Part shown: in pieces, positions 9,855-19,416 of the stretch
Layout: each line of letters begins with the position of its first letter
Position numbering within the stretch: the stretch's first letter is position 1
Source: an uncultured Hyphomicrobiales bacterium
GTDB taxonomy: Bacteria; Pseudomonadota; Alphaproteobacteria; UBA7879
Assembly: GCA_964402405.1 (NCBI GenBank)
Contig: CAYOCE010000001.1
Location: 435 to 64,434 of the forward strand
Direction: 5' to 3'
DNA: 64,000 nt
Notes under the pieces: generated by a model
Seen by the model: the letters and a program-made list of their open reading frames with translations, nothing else
What the model was told of the DNA's origin: nothing
Databases searched by the model: none
Made by a program: the position numbers and the translations under genes

Positions 9855-9937
9855 CTCGTCTTTCAAACTGTGGATCGCAAAATTTACTGATTCACGCATT
9901 ACAACTACCAATCCACCCATTACATTTGTGGATTGTT
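9855..9937. repeat. Mosaic short repeat, copy C, with hairpins; shares modules with the nrdJ/fdxA leader elements
   Basis: ctcgtctttcaaactgtgg (9856-9875) matches the 5' module of elements A and B. tgattcacgcattaca and caatccac...gtggattg (9889-9936) match the tgattcacgcgttacacttgtgaatca module at 15022-15048. It lies between two convergent genes. Confidence 0.35.
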
Positions 9938-10045
9938 GCCTAACGGCCGTGGATCATTGCCTAAAGGTCTGAAATACTGTGGGTATAGTAGGACCTTTGC
10001 ATAACTCTTTCTTACCGGCGGAAGCCAGGGTGGTTGCAAACTAAC

Positions 10046-10081
10046 AAAAAACCCAGAAGATTACTCTTCTGGGTTTTTTAT
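10046..10081. terminator. Bidirectional rho-independent terminator between the secretin gene and tlc
   Basis: cccagaag(10052-10059)/cttctggg(10066-10073) hairpin with an A6 run upstream and a T6 run downstream. Confidence 0.65.
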
Positions 10082-10101
10082 TGTTTAGTAGATTAAAAGT
10101 C

Positions 10102-11646
10102 TCAAGACTTTTCTGCAGCCTTTTGTTCTTCAACCAAGGTTGTAAAGCGCTTGTTAAGGCGTATAACCGAGAACATCCAAATAAGACAAATCACGATCAC
10201 TGTGGGGCCTAAGATATAGGTGAGGCTTGCCAAAGAGACACTCCCACCAATTACCGCAAGCATCGTTGATTGAATGAATGCTCCACCGGATTTACCCAGG
10301 CGTCCACCGATAACCTCAACCGCTGCTTGACCCTTGGTCTTAGCCTCAGGATCCAGAGGGATATAAGCCATCTGCTTAGTGGAATCAAATAGGGAGTACT
10401 TGGTTCCCTTGGACATCACGTTTTGGATCAATCCAACAATCACAGCCACCATGACAACCGTCGTTCCCATCAATGGCATTGTTGGATCATGGGTCACTCC
10501 ATCCCAAACAACGAGGAAGAAAATAGAGGATGTCACCAAGATCATCAATGGCGTAATGATCGCAGCCTTGAGCCAGCTGAAGCGACGCAAGATATTGTTT
10601 CCCACAACCATCAGAGCAATCGTAATCGCCCCTGTCCATGTGGTGAATACACCCATGAAGTTGTTATAGTCGTTCTTGTCTGGGAACGCGATCTTCATCT
10701 GTCCCTTCCACACGCCCTCAACCAAGTTAATGGCGATTCCATAGGATAGAACCAAAACAGCAATGAGCAAAAGATAAGGGTTGCTGAGGATATATTTAAA
10801 GCTTTGACCAACAGAAAGCTTTTCTTTCTTTTTCTTACCAGATCCTTGACCTGGTTGATAAAGAGCTGGGTCAGTTAAAACGTTCTTGTTCATCCAACGA
10901 TAGATGGTCAGAATTAAAAGTCCAGAAACCATAACTGCCCCCATGAGGAATTTTAGGTTGATACCAAAGGTATCCACGTTAGCTGGAAGACTTTTAGCAT
11001 ACTGGGCACACATCATAATAGTAGGACCAGCAACCACCAATCCCAGGTTTCCAATCATGCCAAACAATCCATAAAAACGCTTAGCTTCGTTAACTTTGGT
11101 AATTTCGTTGGCAAACTGCCAGAACAACATAGACAACACCACACTTCCCCATAGTTCTGAGAAAATGTAGAAGAGGCTAAAGCTCCAGTTACCCACAACA
11201 GGGATTGCCCAGTGGAGGTTAGGAAGCTTTGCTTGCCACGTGGTAATTGTGTCTAAGCTTGCATGAAAAAGTTCTATATTAGGGTAGATCAAAAAGGCAA
11301 AAGACCCGAAGAAAATCAAGAAAGGCGCCACAATGACATAGAATAATTTTTCCCGATCAAACACGTTTGCAAGCTTGATGAAAATAACCATAAACAAAAT
11401 AGCCGAAGGTGTAACCCCATAAAGCTTGAGGAATCCAAGGCTTTCTGCCCCGCCTCCTGGCATGTTCACAACCAACGTATCCTTGGTATCACGAACAATG
11501 TTGTATATAAAAAGGATACACATCATCATAAGGCCCATGGGTAAGAACTTCTTTATTTCGAAGTTATAAATGGGCCAGAATATTGCTTTAAAACCCGAAA
11601 ACTCTGGCTTATCAGCAGCTTTATTGGTAGATGACATGATTTTCAC
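10102..11646 (-). CDS. tlc: ATP/ADP translocase (nucleotide transporter, NTT/Tlc family)
   Basis: 514-aa 12-TM protein with the characteristic Tlc N-terminus (FWPIYNFEIKKFLPMGLMMMCILFIYNIVRDTKDTLVV) and overall Tlc-family architecture. Confidence 0.9.
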   Translation of the reverse strand: MKIMSSTNKAADKPEFSGFKAIFWPIYNFEIKKFLPMGLMMMCILFIYNIVRDTKDTLVVNMPGGGAESLGFLKLYGVTPSAILFMVIFIKLANVFDREKLFYVIVAPFLIFFGSFAFLIYPNIELFHASLDTITTWQAKLPNLHWAIPVVGNWSFSLFYIFSELWGSVVLSMLFWQFANEITKVNEAKRFYGLFGMIGNLGLVVAGPTIMMCAQYAKSLPANVDTFGINLKFLMGAVMVSGLLILTIYRWMNKNVLTDPALYQPGQGSGKKKKEKLSVGQSFKYILSNPYLLLIAVLVLSYGIAINLVEGVWKGQMKIAFPDKNDYNNFMGVFTTWTGAITIALMVVGNNILRRFSWLKAAIITPLMILVTSSIFFLVVWDGVTHDPTMPLMGTTVVMVAVIVGLIQNVMSKGTKYSLFDSTKQMAYIPLDPEAKTKGQAAVEVIGGRLGKSGGAFIQSTMLAVIGGSVSLASLTYILGPTVIVICLIWMFSVIRLNKRFTTLVEEQKAAEKS

Positions 11647-11799
11647 CTTTCTTTAAAAATAGTTAACGTTAAAAAATAAAAAACCCCTTTAAGGATAGAC
11701 TAGCATCAAATTTTTGATTTTCAAAGTATCCAGAAAAGGCCATAGATTCTAAGAAATAATCTTAGAAGAACAAACCTATATACCTAAAAAATTTCCTTG

Positions 11800-13101
11800 T
11801 CAATCCCCACCTTTCTTCAAATCAATTGGATATTTTTTGGTTAAATAATGGAGGACAATTAATCCTGGAATGGCAGCCAGAATAGAGATGGCAAAAAACT
11901 GGGGCCATGTTGTATTATCGGCGATAAAGCCAGAGGTGGATTGCACCCCAATCCGGGTAAATGCCATGAGAGAGGAGAACAAGGCATATTGGGTGGCTGT
12001 AAAGGAGATATTGCAGAGGCTGGAAAGATAGGCCACAAAAGCCCCCGTCATCATACCCCCAGATAACCCTTCAAATCCCACAGATACATATAGCCAGAAA
12101 ATAGAAGGCCCTGTTTCAGCAAGAACAAAGAACATAGCATTGGAAATTGCATGAAGGACACCGCTAATCAAGAGCGTTTTCATTAGCCCGAAGCGAGCAG
12201 AAAGAACGCCCACCAACATGCCTCCAAATAAGGCAACGAATACCCCAAAAGATTTGGAGGCGGTTCCTATGTCCGTTAAACTAAAGCCGAGTTCCTTGTA
12301 AAATATATTCCCCATGGGGCCTATGATGTTATCTCCAAAGCGATACAGAAGAATAAACAACAGAATTAATGGCCAACCGGGTTTTTTCATGAAATCCAAG
12401 AAAGGGTTGAAGACAGCATCCTGAACCCAGGCCATTATATTGGGATAAGAATGCTCAACTTGTCGACTGATGGTAGGTTCTTTACACAAAAGAGTTGTTA
12501 CAATTCCAACCCCTACACAAATGGCCATGATAATATACATGGTTTCCCAACCATAGGTGTCTGCTAACACCAAAGCGCCACCCCCTGCCATAATCATACC
12601 CAGGCGGTATCCATTGACCTCCATGGCGCCAGCAGCGGCTAATTCTTCGCGGGGAACCGTTTCAATACGATAGGCATCGATCACAATGTCTTGACTTGCG
12701 GAAGCAAAAGCGACTAACACTGCCCAAATAGCTGTTTGATGAAGATGATGAAGAGGGTCAGAAAATCCAAGCCCCAAGATAGCCACAACCAAGGCTAACT
12801 GAGTCAGTAATAACCACGACCGACGTCGACCTAAAAGGTTATGGAGAATGGGAATCTTAACTTTGTCAATAATAGGAGACCAGGTGAACTTCCACATATA
12901 GGCACTCCCCACAAGGGTGAAAAGGCCAATGGTTGATTTACTAAGGCCGAAGGACTGCAACCACATGGAAAGAGTGGAAAGAGTTAGTAATAGAGGCAAT
13001 CCACTTGAAAACCCTAATAACCCAATCACCAACATCCTGGGTTGGATATAAAGGGCAAAGGTAGAAAGGATGGATTTACGGTTATTTGAAACGGATGACA
13101 T
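11800..13101 (-). CDS. ampG: AmpG-family MFS muropeptide permease
   Basis: LGFSSGLPLLLTLSTLSMWL...GLFTLVGSAYMWKFTWSPIIDKV...LGRRRSWLLLTQ matches AmpG signature regions. Confidence 0.75.
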   Translation of the reverse strand: MSSVSNNRKSILSTFALYIQPRMLVIGLLGFSSGLPLLLTLSTLSMWLQSFGLSKSTIGLFTLVGSAYMWKFTWSPIIDKVKIPILHNLLGRRRSWLLLTQLALVVAILGLGFSDPLHHLHQTAIWAVLVAFASASQDIVIDAYRIETVPREELAAAGAMEVNGYRLGMIMAGGGALVLADTYGWETMYIIMAICVGVGIVTTLLCKEPTISRQVEHSYPNIMAWVQDAVFNPFLDFMKKPGWPLILLFILLYRFGDNIIGPMGNIFYKELGFSLTDIGTASKSFGVFVALFGGMLVGVLSARFGLMKTLLISGVLHAISNAMFFVLAETGPSIFWLYVSVGFEGLSGGMMTGAFVAYLSSLCNISFTATQYALFSSLMAFTRIGVQSTSGFIADNTTWPQFFAISILAAIPGLIVLHYLTKKYPIDLKKGGD

Positions 13102-13135
13102 AAGTTACTCCTTTTTATGGCTAGCTTACTTAAGC

Positions 13136-14398
13136 CTAGCCGATTAAAACACTAAATGGCAAGGCAATTAAAGAGTCAGAAAATTTTAAAGGCTCTTGCC
13201 CGCCGTATAAAATTAGCCCTTTGGTAGTTGATGAAGAAGTCGCCTCAATAAAATCTTTTAACCCCTCAAAATCTTTTTGAGTTAATGATTCTGCAAATTT
13301 GATTTCTATTCCCCAGAGCTGAGTTCCTCTTTCTAAAACAAAATCTACTTCTTTTCCAAGATACGTTCTATAAAAATAGATTTGTGTAGGAATTGTTGCA
13401 TAAATTATTTTTCTTAACTCTGCATATACCCATGTTTCAACCACTGCTCCCAACTGAGGATGATCTTTCAAATGATTAGGAGAGAGTATGCTAAGCAAAA
13501 AACACATAATCGCCGAATCATTCACATACGTTTTTGACATCTTCACGAGTCTTTTTTTTGTGTTTTGATGCCATGGTTGTAACTCATGAGACTGGAAGGT
13601 TATTTTTAGGATTTCCAAATATCGCGCTACTGTACGCTGATCTAGACTTGTGTCTAAGGCTAAGTTATTCATGTTGAGAAGATTACCGCTCCTCATCCCA
13701 ACCAACCTTAAAAGTTTACTGAATCCAACAATATCTATGAGATTATTTAAATTCCTTACATCTTTTTCTATATACGCCTGTTGATAAGAAGAACACCATC
13801 GATGCGTAAAATCAGTCTGCTGCGTAAGAGCAAGATTTGGAAATCCTCCAAAATAGCATTTCTCTAAAATGGCATCTCGCTTTAGGGGGGTAATTTCTTT
13901 TAATTTTCTTCTGTAATAAGAAATAATAGACTCTACATCACTTGTTTCAAATAATTTAGTTAGTAAATCGGAAGGTGATTTTTTTAAGTAAAGCTCGGAC
14001 ATACTAAGCCCTTCCAAGGTCACAATGTCCATACGCCCTGCCAAGCTTTCCATCACCCCTGGATAGGATAATATGTTGGCCGAGCCGGTTAGTAAAAAGC
14101 GACCAGGAGCGCGATTTTGATCAATATTTTTTTTAAGAGCCCGCATCAAATCTGGGACGCGCTGGATTTCATCTATCGCAACAGATCCCTCGAATTGACT
14201 CAAGAATCCATCAGGGTCGGCAGACGCTGCCTCCAATGCCCCCAAGTCATCTAGACTGACATAATGATCTACTAGCTTTTCTGCCACAAGTTGCCCAATC
14301 ATAGTAGATTTGCCAACTTGCCGAGCTCCGTTAATCAAAACAGCCGGAAAATACTTTAAGGACTCATATACATGTTTTATAAGGTGTCTTTTGATCAT
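13136..14398 (-). CDS. AAA+ ATPase with C-terminal DUF4143 domain
   Basis: Walker A (INGARQVGKST) and the DUF4143-type C-terminus (EVDFVLERGTQLWGIEIKFAES). Confidence 0.7.
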   Translation of the reverse strand: MIKRHLIKHVYESLKYFPAVLINGARQVGKSTMIGQLVAEKLVDHYVSLDDLGALEAASADPDGFLSQFEGSVAIDEIQRVPDLMRALKKNIDQNRAPGRFLLTGSANILSYPGVMESLAGRMDIVTLEGLSMSELYLKKSPSDLLTKLFETSDVESIISYYRRKLKEITPLKRDAILEKCYFGGFPNLALTQQTDFTHRWCSSYQQAYIEKDVRNLNNLIDIVGFSKLLRLVGMRSGNLLNMNNLALDTSLDQRTVARYLEILKITFQSHELQPWHQNTKKRLVKMSKTYVNDSAIMCFLLSILSPNHLKDHPQLGAVVETWVYAELRKIIYATIPTQIYFYRTYLGKEVDFVLERGTQLWGIEIKFAESLTQKDFEGLKDFIEATSSSTTKGLILYGGQEPLKFSDSLIALPFSVLIG

Positions 14399-14591
14399 AA
14401 TGTATAATATAGCATACCTATGCTGTAATTTACAACATATCTATGCTATTTTTTACCTAATATTCTAGGAATGTAGTGATTTCAGGGATTTTCGGTGAGG
14501 ACGAGAAGCAAGTGTGCCATACTCTCCTCCTTCTACCATCAGCCCTCCTAATTTCTTTTCTTCCTAGTTTCTGGGAAATGGTAGGAGGTGT

Positions 14592-14918
14592 TTATTCTGA
14601 GGTAGGTTTAAAATAGGCCATCTTATCTTCTTTCTTGGCCCATTCGTCCGCATCTGGCAAAGGGGGTTTTTGTTCAGTAATCCGGGGCCAGAGAGATGAA
14701 TATTTTTTGTTAAAAGCAACCCATTCCTCGGATCCAGGGGTTGTATCAGGAATAATGGCGTTGGCAGGACATTCTAGCTCACATACCCCACAGTCAATGC
14801 ATTCCTCGGGGTTAATCACCAACATATTATCCCCTTCATAGAAACAATCCACAGGGCAAACCGTTACACAATCCGTATATTTACAGTTAATACAAGCACT
14901 TGTTACAACGTACGTCAT
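14592..14918 (-). CDS. fdxA: 7Fe ferredoxin ([3Fe-4S][4Fe-4S], FdxA type)
   Basis: [29 protein letters not shown]...[12 protein letters not shown] cysteine pattern. Confidence 0.9.
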   Translation of the reverse strand: MTYVVTSACINCKYTDCVTVCPVDCFYEGDNMLVINPEECIDCGVCELECPANAIIPDTTPGSEEWVAFNKKYSSLWPRITEQKPPLPDADEWAKKEDKMAYFKPTSE

Positions 14919-14939
14919 CTCTACTCTTCGCCTTTCAAA

Positions 14940-15048
14940 CTATGGTCATTAAATTTCGAGTACCTTCGTCGCGCATGTATGAAGGATACACTATCGCTCC
15001 TCGGTCTCTCATTTAAATTAATGATTCACGCGTTACACTTGTGAATCA
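14940..15048 (-). promoter_or_regulatory. Conserved structured leader element, copy B, in the fdxA 5' UTR, plus an appended hairpin module
   Basis: ctatggtcattaaatttcgagtaccttcgtcgcgcatgta...ctcctcggtctctcatttaaattaatga aligns with the nrdJ leader. The variable hairpin (gtat-gaagg-atac) replaces the nrdJ palindrome and shows covariation. The element is followed by the tgattcacgcgttacacttgtgaatca hairpin. Confidence 0.4.
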
Positions 15049-15115
15049 CTGATCAGCCTCCCCTAAAGTTTTAGGGTAGGCAGATTCCCATATTTTGAAA
15101 TCCGAAGAGTATTTT

Positions 15116-15775
15116 TTATCTTAGGGCATTAATATTATTTCCATATTCCAGAGAGTCTCCCTCAAAAATGGCGCTTCCGGCAATTAAAACATTAGCTCCT
15201 TTTGCCCGGGCAAGGGGGGCCGTCAAAGGCGTAATGCCTCCATCCACCGCAATATCAACCACACGATTTAAGCTAGCAACCATTTTATGAATTTCCTTGA
15301 TTTTTGGCAACATGCTTTCCATAAAGGGCTGTCCTCCAAATCCAGGATCCACCGTCATGATTAAGATCATATCCACATATTCCAAAAAGGGCTTTAAAGC
15401 AGCAGCGGGAGTACTTGGTTTTAAAGATAAGCCCGCCTTTACGCCTCCGGATTTTATTTTATTTAATAATTTTAAAGGGGATTCCGAAGCCTCCACATGA
15501 AAGGTAATCTGATCTGCTCCTGACCTAATGAAGGGATCAATAAACAAATCCACAGATTCAATCATTAAATGAACATCAAAAAATAAGGGGGATAGAAGTC
15601 GCAAATCCTTTACCACATTGGGTCCCATGGATAGATTAGGCACAAAATGCCCATCCATAATATCGAAGTGGACCCCATCTGCCCCTGCCTCATGAATTGC
15701 CACGATTTCTGCTCCTAACCGTGAAAAATCTGCCGATAGCAAAGAGGGGAAAATTAAAGTTTTATCATTCAGCAT
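15116..15775 (-). CDS. rpe: Ribulose-phosphate 3-epimerase
   Basis: HFDIMDGHFVPNLSMGP...HLMIE...VDGGI motifs. Confidence 0.9.
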   Translation of the reverse strand: MLNDKTLIFPSLLSADFSRLGAEIVAIHEAGADGVHFDIMDGHFVPNLSMGPNVVKDLRLLSPLFFDVHLMIESVDLFIDPFIRSGADQITFHVEASESPLKLLNKIKSGGVKAGLSLKPSTPAAALKPFLEYVDMILIMTVDPGFGGQPFMESMLPKIKEIHKMVASLNRVVDIAVDGGITPLTAPLARAKGANVLIAGSAIFEGDSLEYGNNINALR

Positions 15776-15889
15776 GTTATACCCGTTTTGACGTTAAAAT
15801 CACCAAAAGGAGCCGTTTTGAAAAAGCTCTATTGTTGTTACTTGACACCCTATACCCTAACACAGTATAGATCTATCTTACAACCTCGT

Positions 15890-15966
15890 GGCGGGGTAGC
15901 TCAGTTGGTTAGAGCAGCGGAATCATAATCCGCGTGTCGGGGGTTCGAGTCCCTTTCCCGCTACCA
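15890..15966 (+). tRNA. tRNA with CAU anticodon (elongator Met, or lysidine-modified Ile2)
   Basis: 77-nt cloverleaf GGCGGGGTAGCTCAGTTGGTTAGAGC...anticodon loop aTCATAa...GGTTCGAGTCC...CCA. The anticodon stem lacks the three consecutive G:C pairs of initiator tRNA. The CCA end is encoded. Confidence 0.8.
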
Positions 15967-15976
15967 TTCCCTTCTC

Positions 15977-17422
15977 TTATGCCCCATCTCCTTTTTTCAC
16001 ATTCCCTTTTCTAAGAAATGCGGGGATTTCAAGGACGTCTTCATTGTTATCTAAATTTTCCACATCTAAGGTGGGTTGAGTTGATGACATTGCCTCCTTA
16101 GGGGAATGATTTCCTAAATCTTGCCATCTATCCTCACGAGGTATTTCTTCTTTCTTTGGCTTGCTTCCAAAACCTAATCGCCTTAAGAAGGATGGTTTTT
16201 CTTCTTTGACTGCGGCTACATGTTGATTTTCATGGGTCATAGAATTTTCATCAAGGGAAGCAATACTCACCACTTCTACTTCTAGTTCTTGAACAGAATT
16301 ATCAACAACAGAAAGGGAAGGAGGTGTCGTATTATCTTCTTGAGATTCGTCAATTCCCATGTGACGCCCCAATCTGAAATTCAATTCAGGAGACGTTTCT
16401 TGAGATTTCGCATCGAAAGAGCCAGCTTTTTGTAGGTTTACAACTTTGGACTTACTCATATGATTTTTGCTTTCGATTCCGGTTGCTACAACGGATACCC
16501 GCATGAGACCACTCATACGTTCGTCAAAAGTAGATCCAAAAATGATATTGGCTTCGGAATCTACTTCTTCGCGGATGCGATTGGCTGCTTCATCAACTTC
16601 GAATAAGGTCATATCAAGACCCCCGGTGATGTTGATCAATACACCCTTTGCGCCCCGCATGGAAACATCATCGAGCAACGGATTCGAGATAGCAGCTTCA
16701 GCAGCCTCAATGGCGCGGTTATCGCTAGAAGCTTCGCCTGTTCCCATCATAGCCTTGCCCATTTCCGCCATCACAGTTCTAACGTCTGCAAAGTCCAAGT
16801 TAATGAGACCTGGCATAATCATTAAATCGGTCACGCCGCGTACGCCAGAGTACAAAACATGGTCTGCCATATTAAAGGCATCCGCAAAGGTTGTGCGATC
16901 ATTGGCAATCCGGAATAAATTCTGGTTTGGAATTACAATTAGCGTATCCACATGCTGTTGCATTTCATCGATACCACGTTCAGCGGTTTTCATACGATGG
17001 GTGCCTTCAAAATGGAACGGCTTCGTGACAACCCCAACAGTCAGAATGCCCATGTCGCGTGCCGTTCTTGCAATCACGGGTGCGGCGCCTGTTCCTGTTC
17101 CTCCACCCATACCAGCAGTGATGAACAGCATATGGCTGCCTTTTATTTGCTTTTGGAGCTCTTCTAAATCTTCCTCGGCCGAGGCACGACCAACTTCAGG
17201 CTTGGAACCTGCTCCTAACCCTTCGGTGCATTCGGTTCCTATTTGAATACGACGCTCGGTCAAGGATCCCTTCAGGGCCTGGGCATCTGTGTTGCAGACG
17301 ATAAATTCAACCCCTTCCAACTTGGAACGGATCATATTATTAACGGCATTGCCTCCCGCACCCCCGACACCAATTACGGTAATCCTGGGTTTTAAACTGT
17401 CGAAATGATGATTATCTGCCAT
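15977..17422 (-). CDS. ftsZ: Cell division GTPase FtsZ
   Basis: [13 protein letters not shown]...[13 protein letters not shown] tubulin signature, with a long disordered linker and a C-terminal peptide. Confidence 0.95.
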   Translation of the reverse strand: MADNHHFDSLKPRITVIGVGGAGGNAVNNMIRSKLEGVEFIVCNTDAQALKGSLTERRIQIGTECTEGLGAGSKPEVGRASAEEDLEELQKQIKGSHMLFITAGMGGGTGTGAAPVIARTARDMGILTVGVVTKPFHFEGTHRMKTAERGIDEMQQHVDTLIVIPNQNLFRIANDRTTFADAFNMADHVLYSGVRGVTDLMIMPGLINLDFADVRTVMAEMGKAMMGTGEASSDNRAIEAAEAAISNPLLDDVSMRGAKGVLINITGGLDMTLFEVDEAANRIREEVDSEANIIFGSTFDERMSGLMRVSVVATGIESKNHMSKSKVVNLQKAGSFDAKSQETSPELNFRLGRHMGIDESQEDNTTPPSLSVVDNSVQELEVEVVSIASLDENSMTHENQHVAAVKEEKPSFLRRLGFGSKPKKEEIPREDRWQDLGNHSPKEAMSSTQPTLDVENLDNNEDVLEIPAFLRKGNVKKGDGA

Positions 17423-17477
17423 GTGTATATACTCCTAATACCTTAATTTAAATTTACCATAAAATTTTTAAAATCAC

Positions 17478-18737
17478 TTAAAAATTTTCTTCGATCCAAT
17501 TTTTGGCTTTTTGAAAAAAGCCATCAGTCTCCTGATTTTCTTGGGTTCGCTCATTTAACCCAAATAATAAAAGCCCCGCGCAGGTGGAAAAGGCACCCCC
17601 TGAAGAAATTTCGGATGTTCCCTGAATGCTCAGAGGCCTTCCTAGACGTACTTGGTTATTTAAAATACGACTGGAAAGTTCGCGAATGCCGGGCATATGA
17701 CTGGTGCCACCCGTTAAAACAAACCGCCTACCTGCAACCTTGGAAGTATTACTATTTTCCAACTGCAGCCGCACTAACTCAAATAATTCCTCAAGCCTAG
17801 GTTCAATAATGGATGTTAGAACATCCAAGCTTTCTTGCTTGGCGTAAATATTATGGTCCTCGCCCAATCTAGGAACTGTAATTCCATGTTTTTTATCATC
17901 TGGCGTCACCATGGCTGCCCCATGAAGGATTTTCAAGCGTTCCGCATGACTAAAGGTGGTTGTAAGGCCCCGGGTAATATCATTGGTAATGTGTCGACCC
18001 CCAACAGGGATCGTATCTATATGAACAGGACGACCCTCATGAAATTGGGCAATGTGGGTTAATCCTCCCCCCACATCAATTACCGTCACCCCCATATTCA
18101 TTTCATCTTCCGTAAGGCAGGCAATACCAGAGGCAATGGGCGTTGCGCACACTCCCAATACGTTTAAATGAGTACGCCTGACACTAGAAACCAAATTCCG
18201 GATAGGCGTTGTGGAGCCTGTAATGACATGGAGAATCCCTGAAAGCTTATTACCAAACATTCCCCGAGGGTCCCGTACTTGATGACGATCATCAATGCGA
18301 TATCCCATGGGAAATAAATGGACGATATCGAACCCCTTAGATCCTTTCAAAAGGGTTTCTCGATCTAAGATTTTTTCTATATCATGATCATCAATTTCAT
18401 GACCACTAACAGACAGGTTGACCTCTACGCGTTCAGACATGAGGTGAGTTCCAGAAATATTGATGATAACTTGATCGATGGTCTCACCGGCATTTTGTTC
18501 AGCCACATGCACGGCATGTAAAACGGCATCCTCAACCGCATCCATATCAATGATTTCACCTGCCTTCATCCCTTGATTGGGGTGATAACCCGTCCCAATG
18601 AGGCGGAGTGTTTTCAAAGAAAAATCATATTGAGCAATTGCAGCTACAACCTTAGTTGTTCCAATGTCAACAGCCGCAATAATCCCATTTTTTATCTTTT
18701 TCATTCTTCCAAACTTTTCATATCCACTAGAATCCAT
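17478..18737 (-). CDS. ftsA: Cell division protein FtsA
   Basis: Actin-fold ATPase (AAVDIGTTKVVAAIA...) located immediately upstream of ftsZ. The likely start is the internal Met (MKKIKNG). Confidence 0.9.
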   Translation of the reverse strand: MDSSGYEKFGRMKKIKNGIIAAVDIGTTKVVAAIAQYDFSLKTLRLIGTGYHPNQGMKAGEIIDMDAVEDAVLHAVHVAEQNAGETIDQVIINISGTHLMSERVEVNLSVSGHEIDDHDIEKILDRETLLKGSKGFDIVHLFPMGYRIDDRHQVRDPRGMFGNKLSGILHVITGSTTPIRNLVSSVRRTHLNVLGVCATPIASGIACLTEDEMNMGVTVIDVGGGLTHIAQFHEGRPVHIDTIPVGGRHITNDITRGLTTTFSHAERLKILHGAAMVTPDDKKHGITVPRLGEDHNIYAKQESLDVLTSIIEPRLEELFELVRLQLENSNTSKVAGRRFVLTGGTSHMPGIRELSSRILNNQVRLGRPLSIQGTSEISSGGAFSTCAGLLLFGLNERTQENQETDGFFQKAKNWIEENF

Positions 18738-19330
18738 TTAGAAGGCTTGGATTTCGTATCTTTTTCAAAGGTCCAGACATCCGTAACCTTATCAATGGCA
18801 TTGGGATCCCCTTCTACGATTTTTTCTTTGCTGTCATGGATCAATAAAACCTGCTCGGATACAAACTCAACGGTAACTCGGGCAATATGATCTTCAAAAG
18901 TGGACTCCAAAATTTCTGCAGAAACCAAACGAAAAAAATTCAAATCAGCTGTACGCTTTAATTTTTCTCTCTCTGCAATCGCCTGTTCTAGGGTTTCCTG
19001 GGCATCACCCCCCACAAGTCCCTTCAATTGAGAGCGATCGCCGGCAACAAAACCTTTGACAACTGTTTCAAATATTTTTTGAGCGACGTCCAAAAAATGT
19101 TCTGGGTTAAACAAACGATCTGCCGTACTAATTTTTTTAAGACCTGTAATCAACGGGGCCATTTCAATCGTTTTTCCTTCTTTAGGTTTGGCTCCAAAGC
19201 CAAATTTATTCTTGAAATCAGGCTTTTTTTCATGACCTGTTCTAACGCCCATCATAGAATACATCTTATATCCAATAAATAAAGCTAACAATAAAAATAT
19301 AATATCTATAATAGAAAATCCATCAACCAT
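18701..19330 (-). CDS. Tim44-like domain membrane protein, in the position where ftsQ is usually found
   Basis: N-terminal TM followed by an NTF2-like Tim44 domain ending ...DVWTFEKDTKSKPSKWILVDM. The stop overlaps the ftsA start. Confidence 0.5.
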   Translation of the reverse strand: MVDGFSIIDIIFLLLALFIGYKMYSMMGVRTGHEKKPDFKNKFGFGAKPKEGKTIEMAPLITGLKKISTADRLFNPEHFLDVAQKIFETVVKGFVAGDRSQLKGLVGGDAQETLEQAIAEREKLKRTADLNFFRLVSAEILESTFEDHIARVTVEFVSEQVLLIHDSKEKIVEGDPNAIDKVTDVWTFEKDTKSKPSKWILVDMKSLEE

Positions 19331-19416
19331 ACTTTATTTACTCCAATAATTTTTTTCTGGCAAGTTAATCTTAAACCAGGTAAGAATACACCTAAGTTAG
19401 ATAAGAGTATACCTTA

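Noticed and set aside
15890-15966. Initiator tRNA-fMet
   Set aside because: The anticodon stem is GCGGA/TCCGC, lacking three consecutive G:C pairs adjacent to the loop, and the 5' end is not C. It is called elongator Met/Ile2-type CAU.
16467-17246. 259-aa ORF antisense to ftsZ (and other internal or antisense ORFs in the track inside nrdJ, ftsA, tlc, etc.)
   Set aside because: These are embedded in, and antisense to or out of frame with, strongly supported conserved genes. Their composition is low-complexity, and no independent signals were seen.
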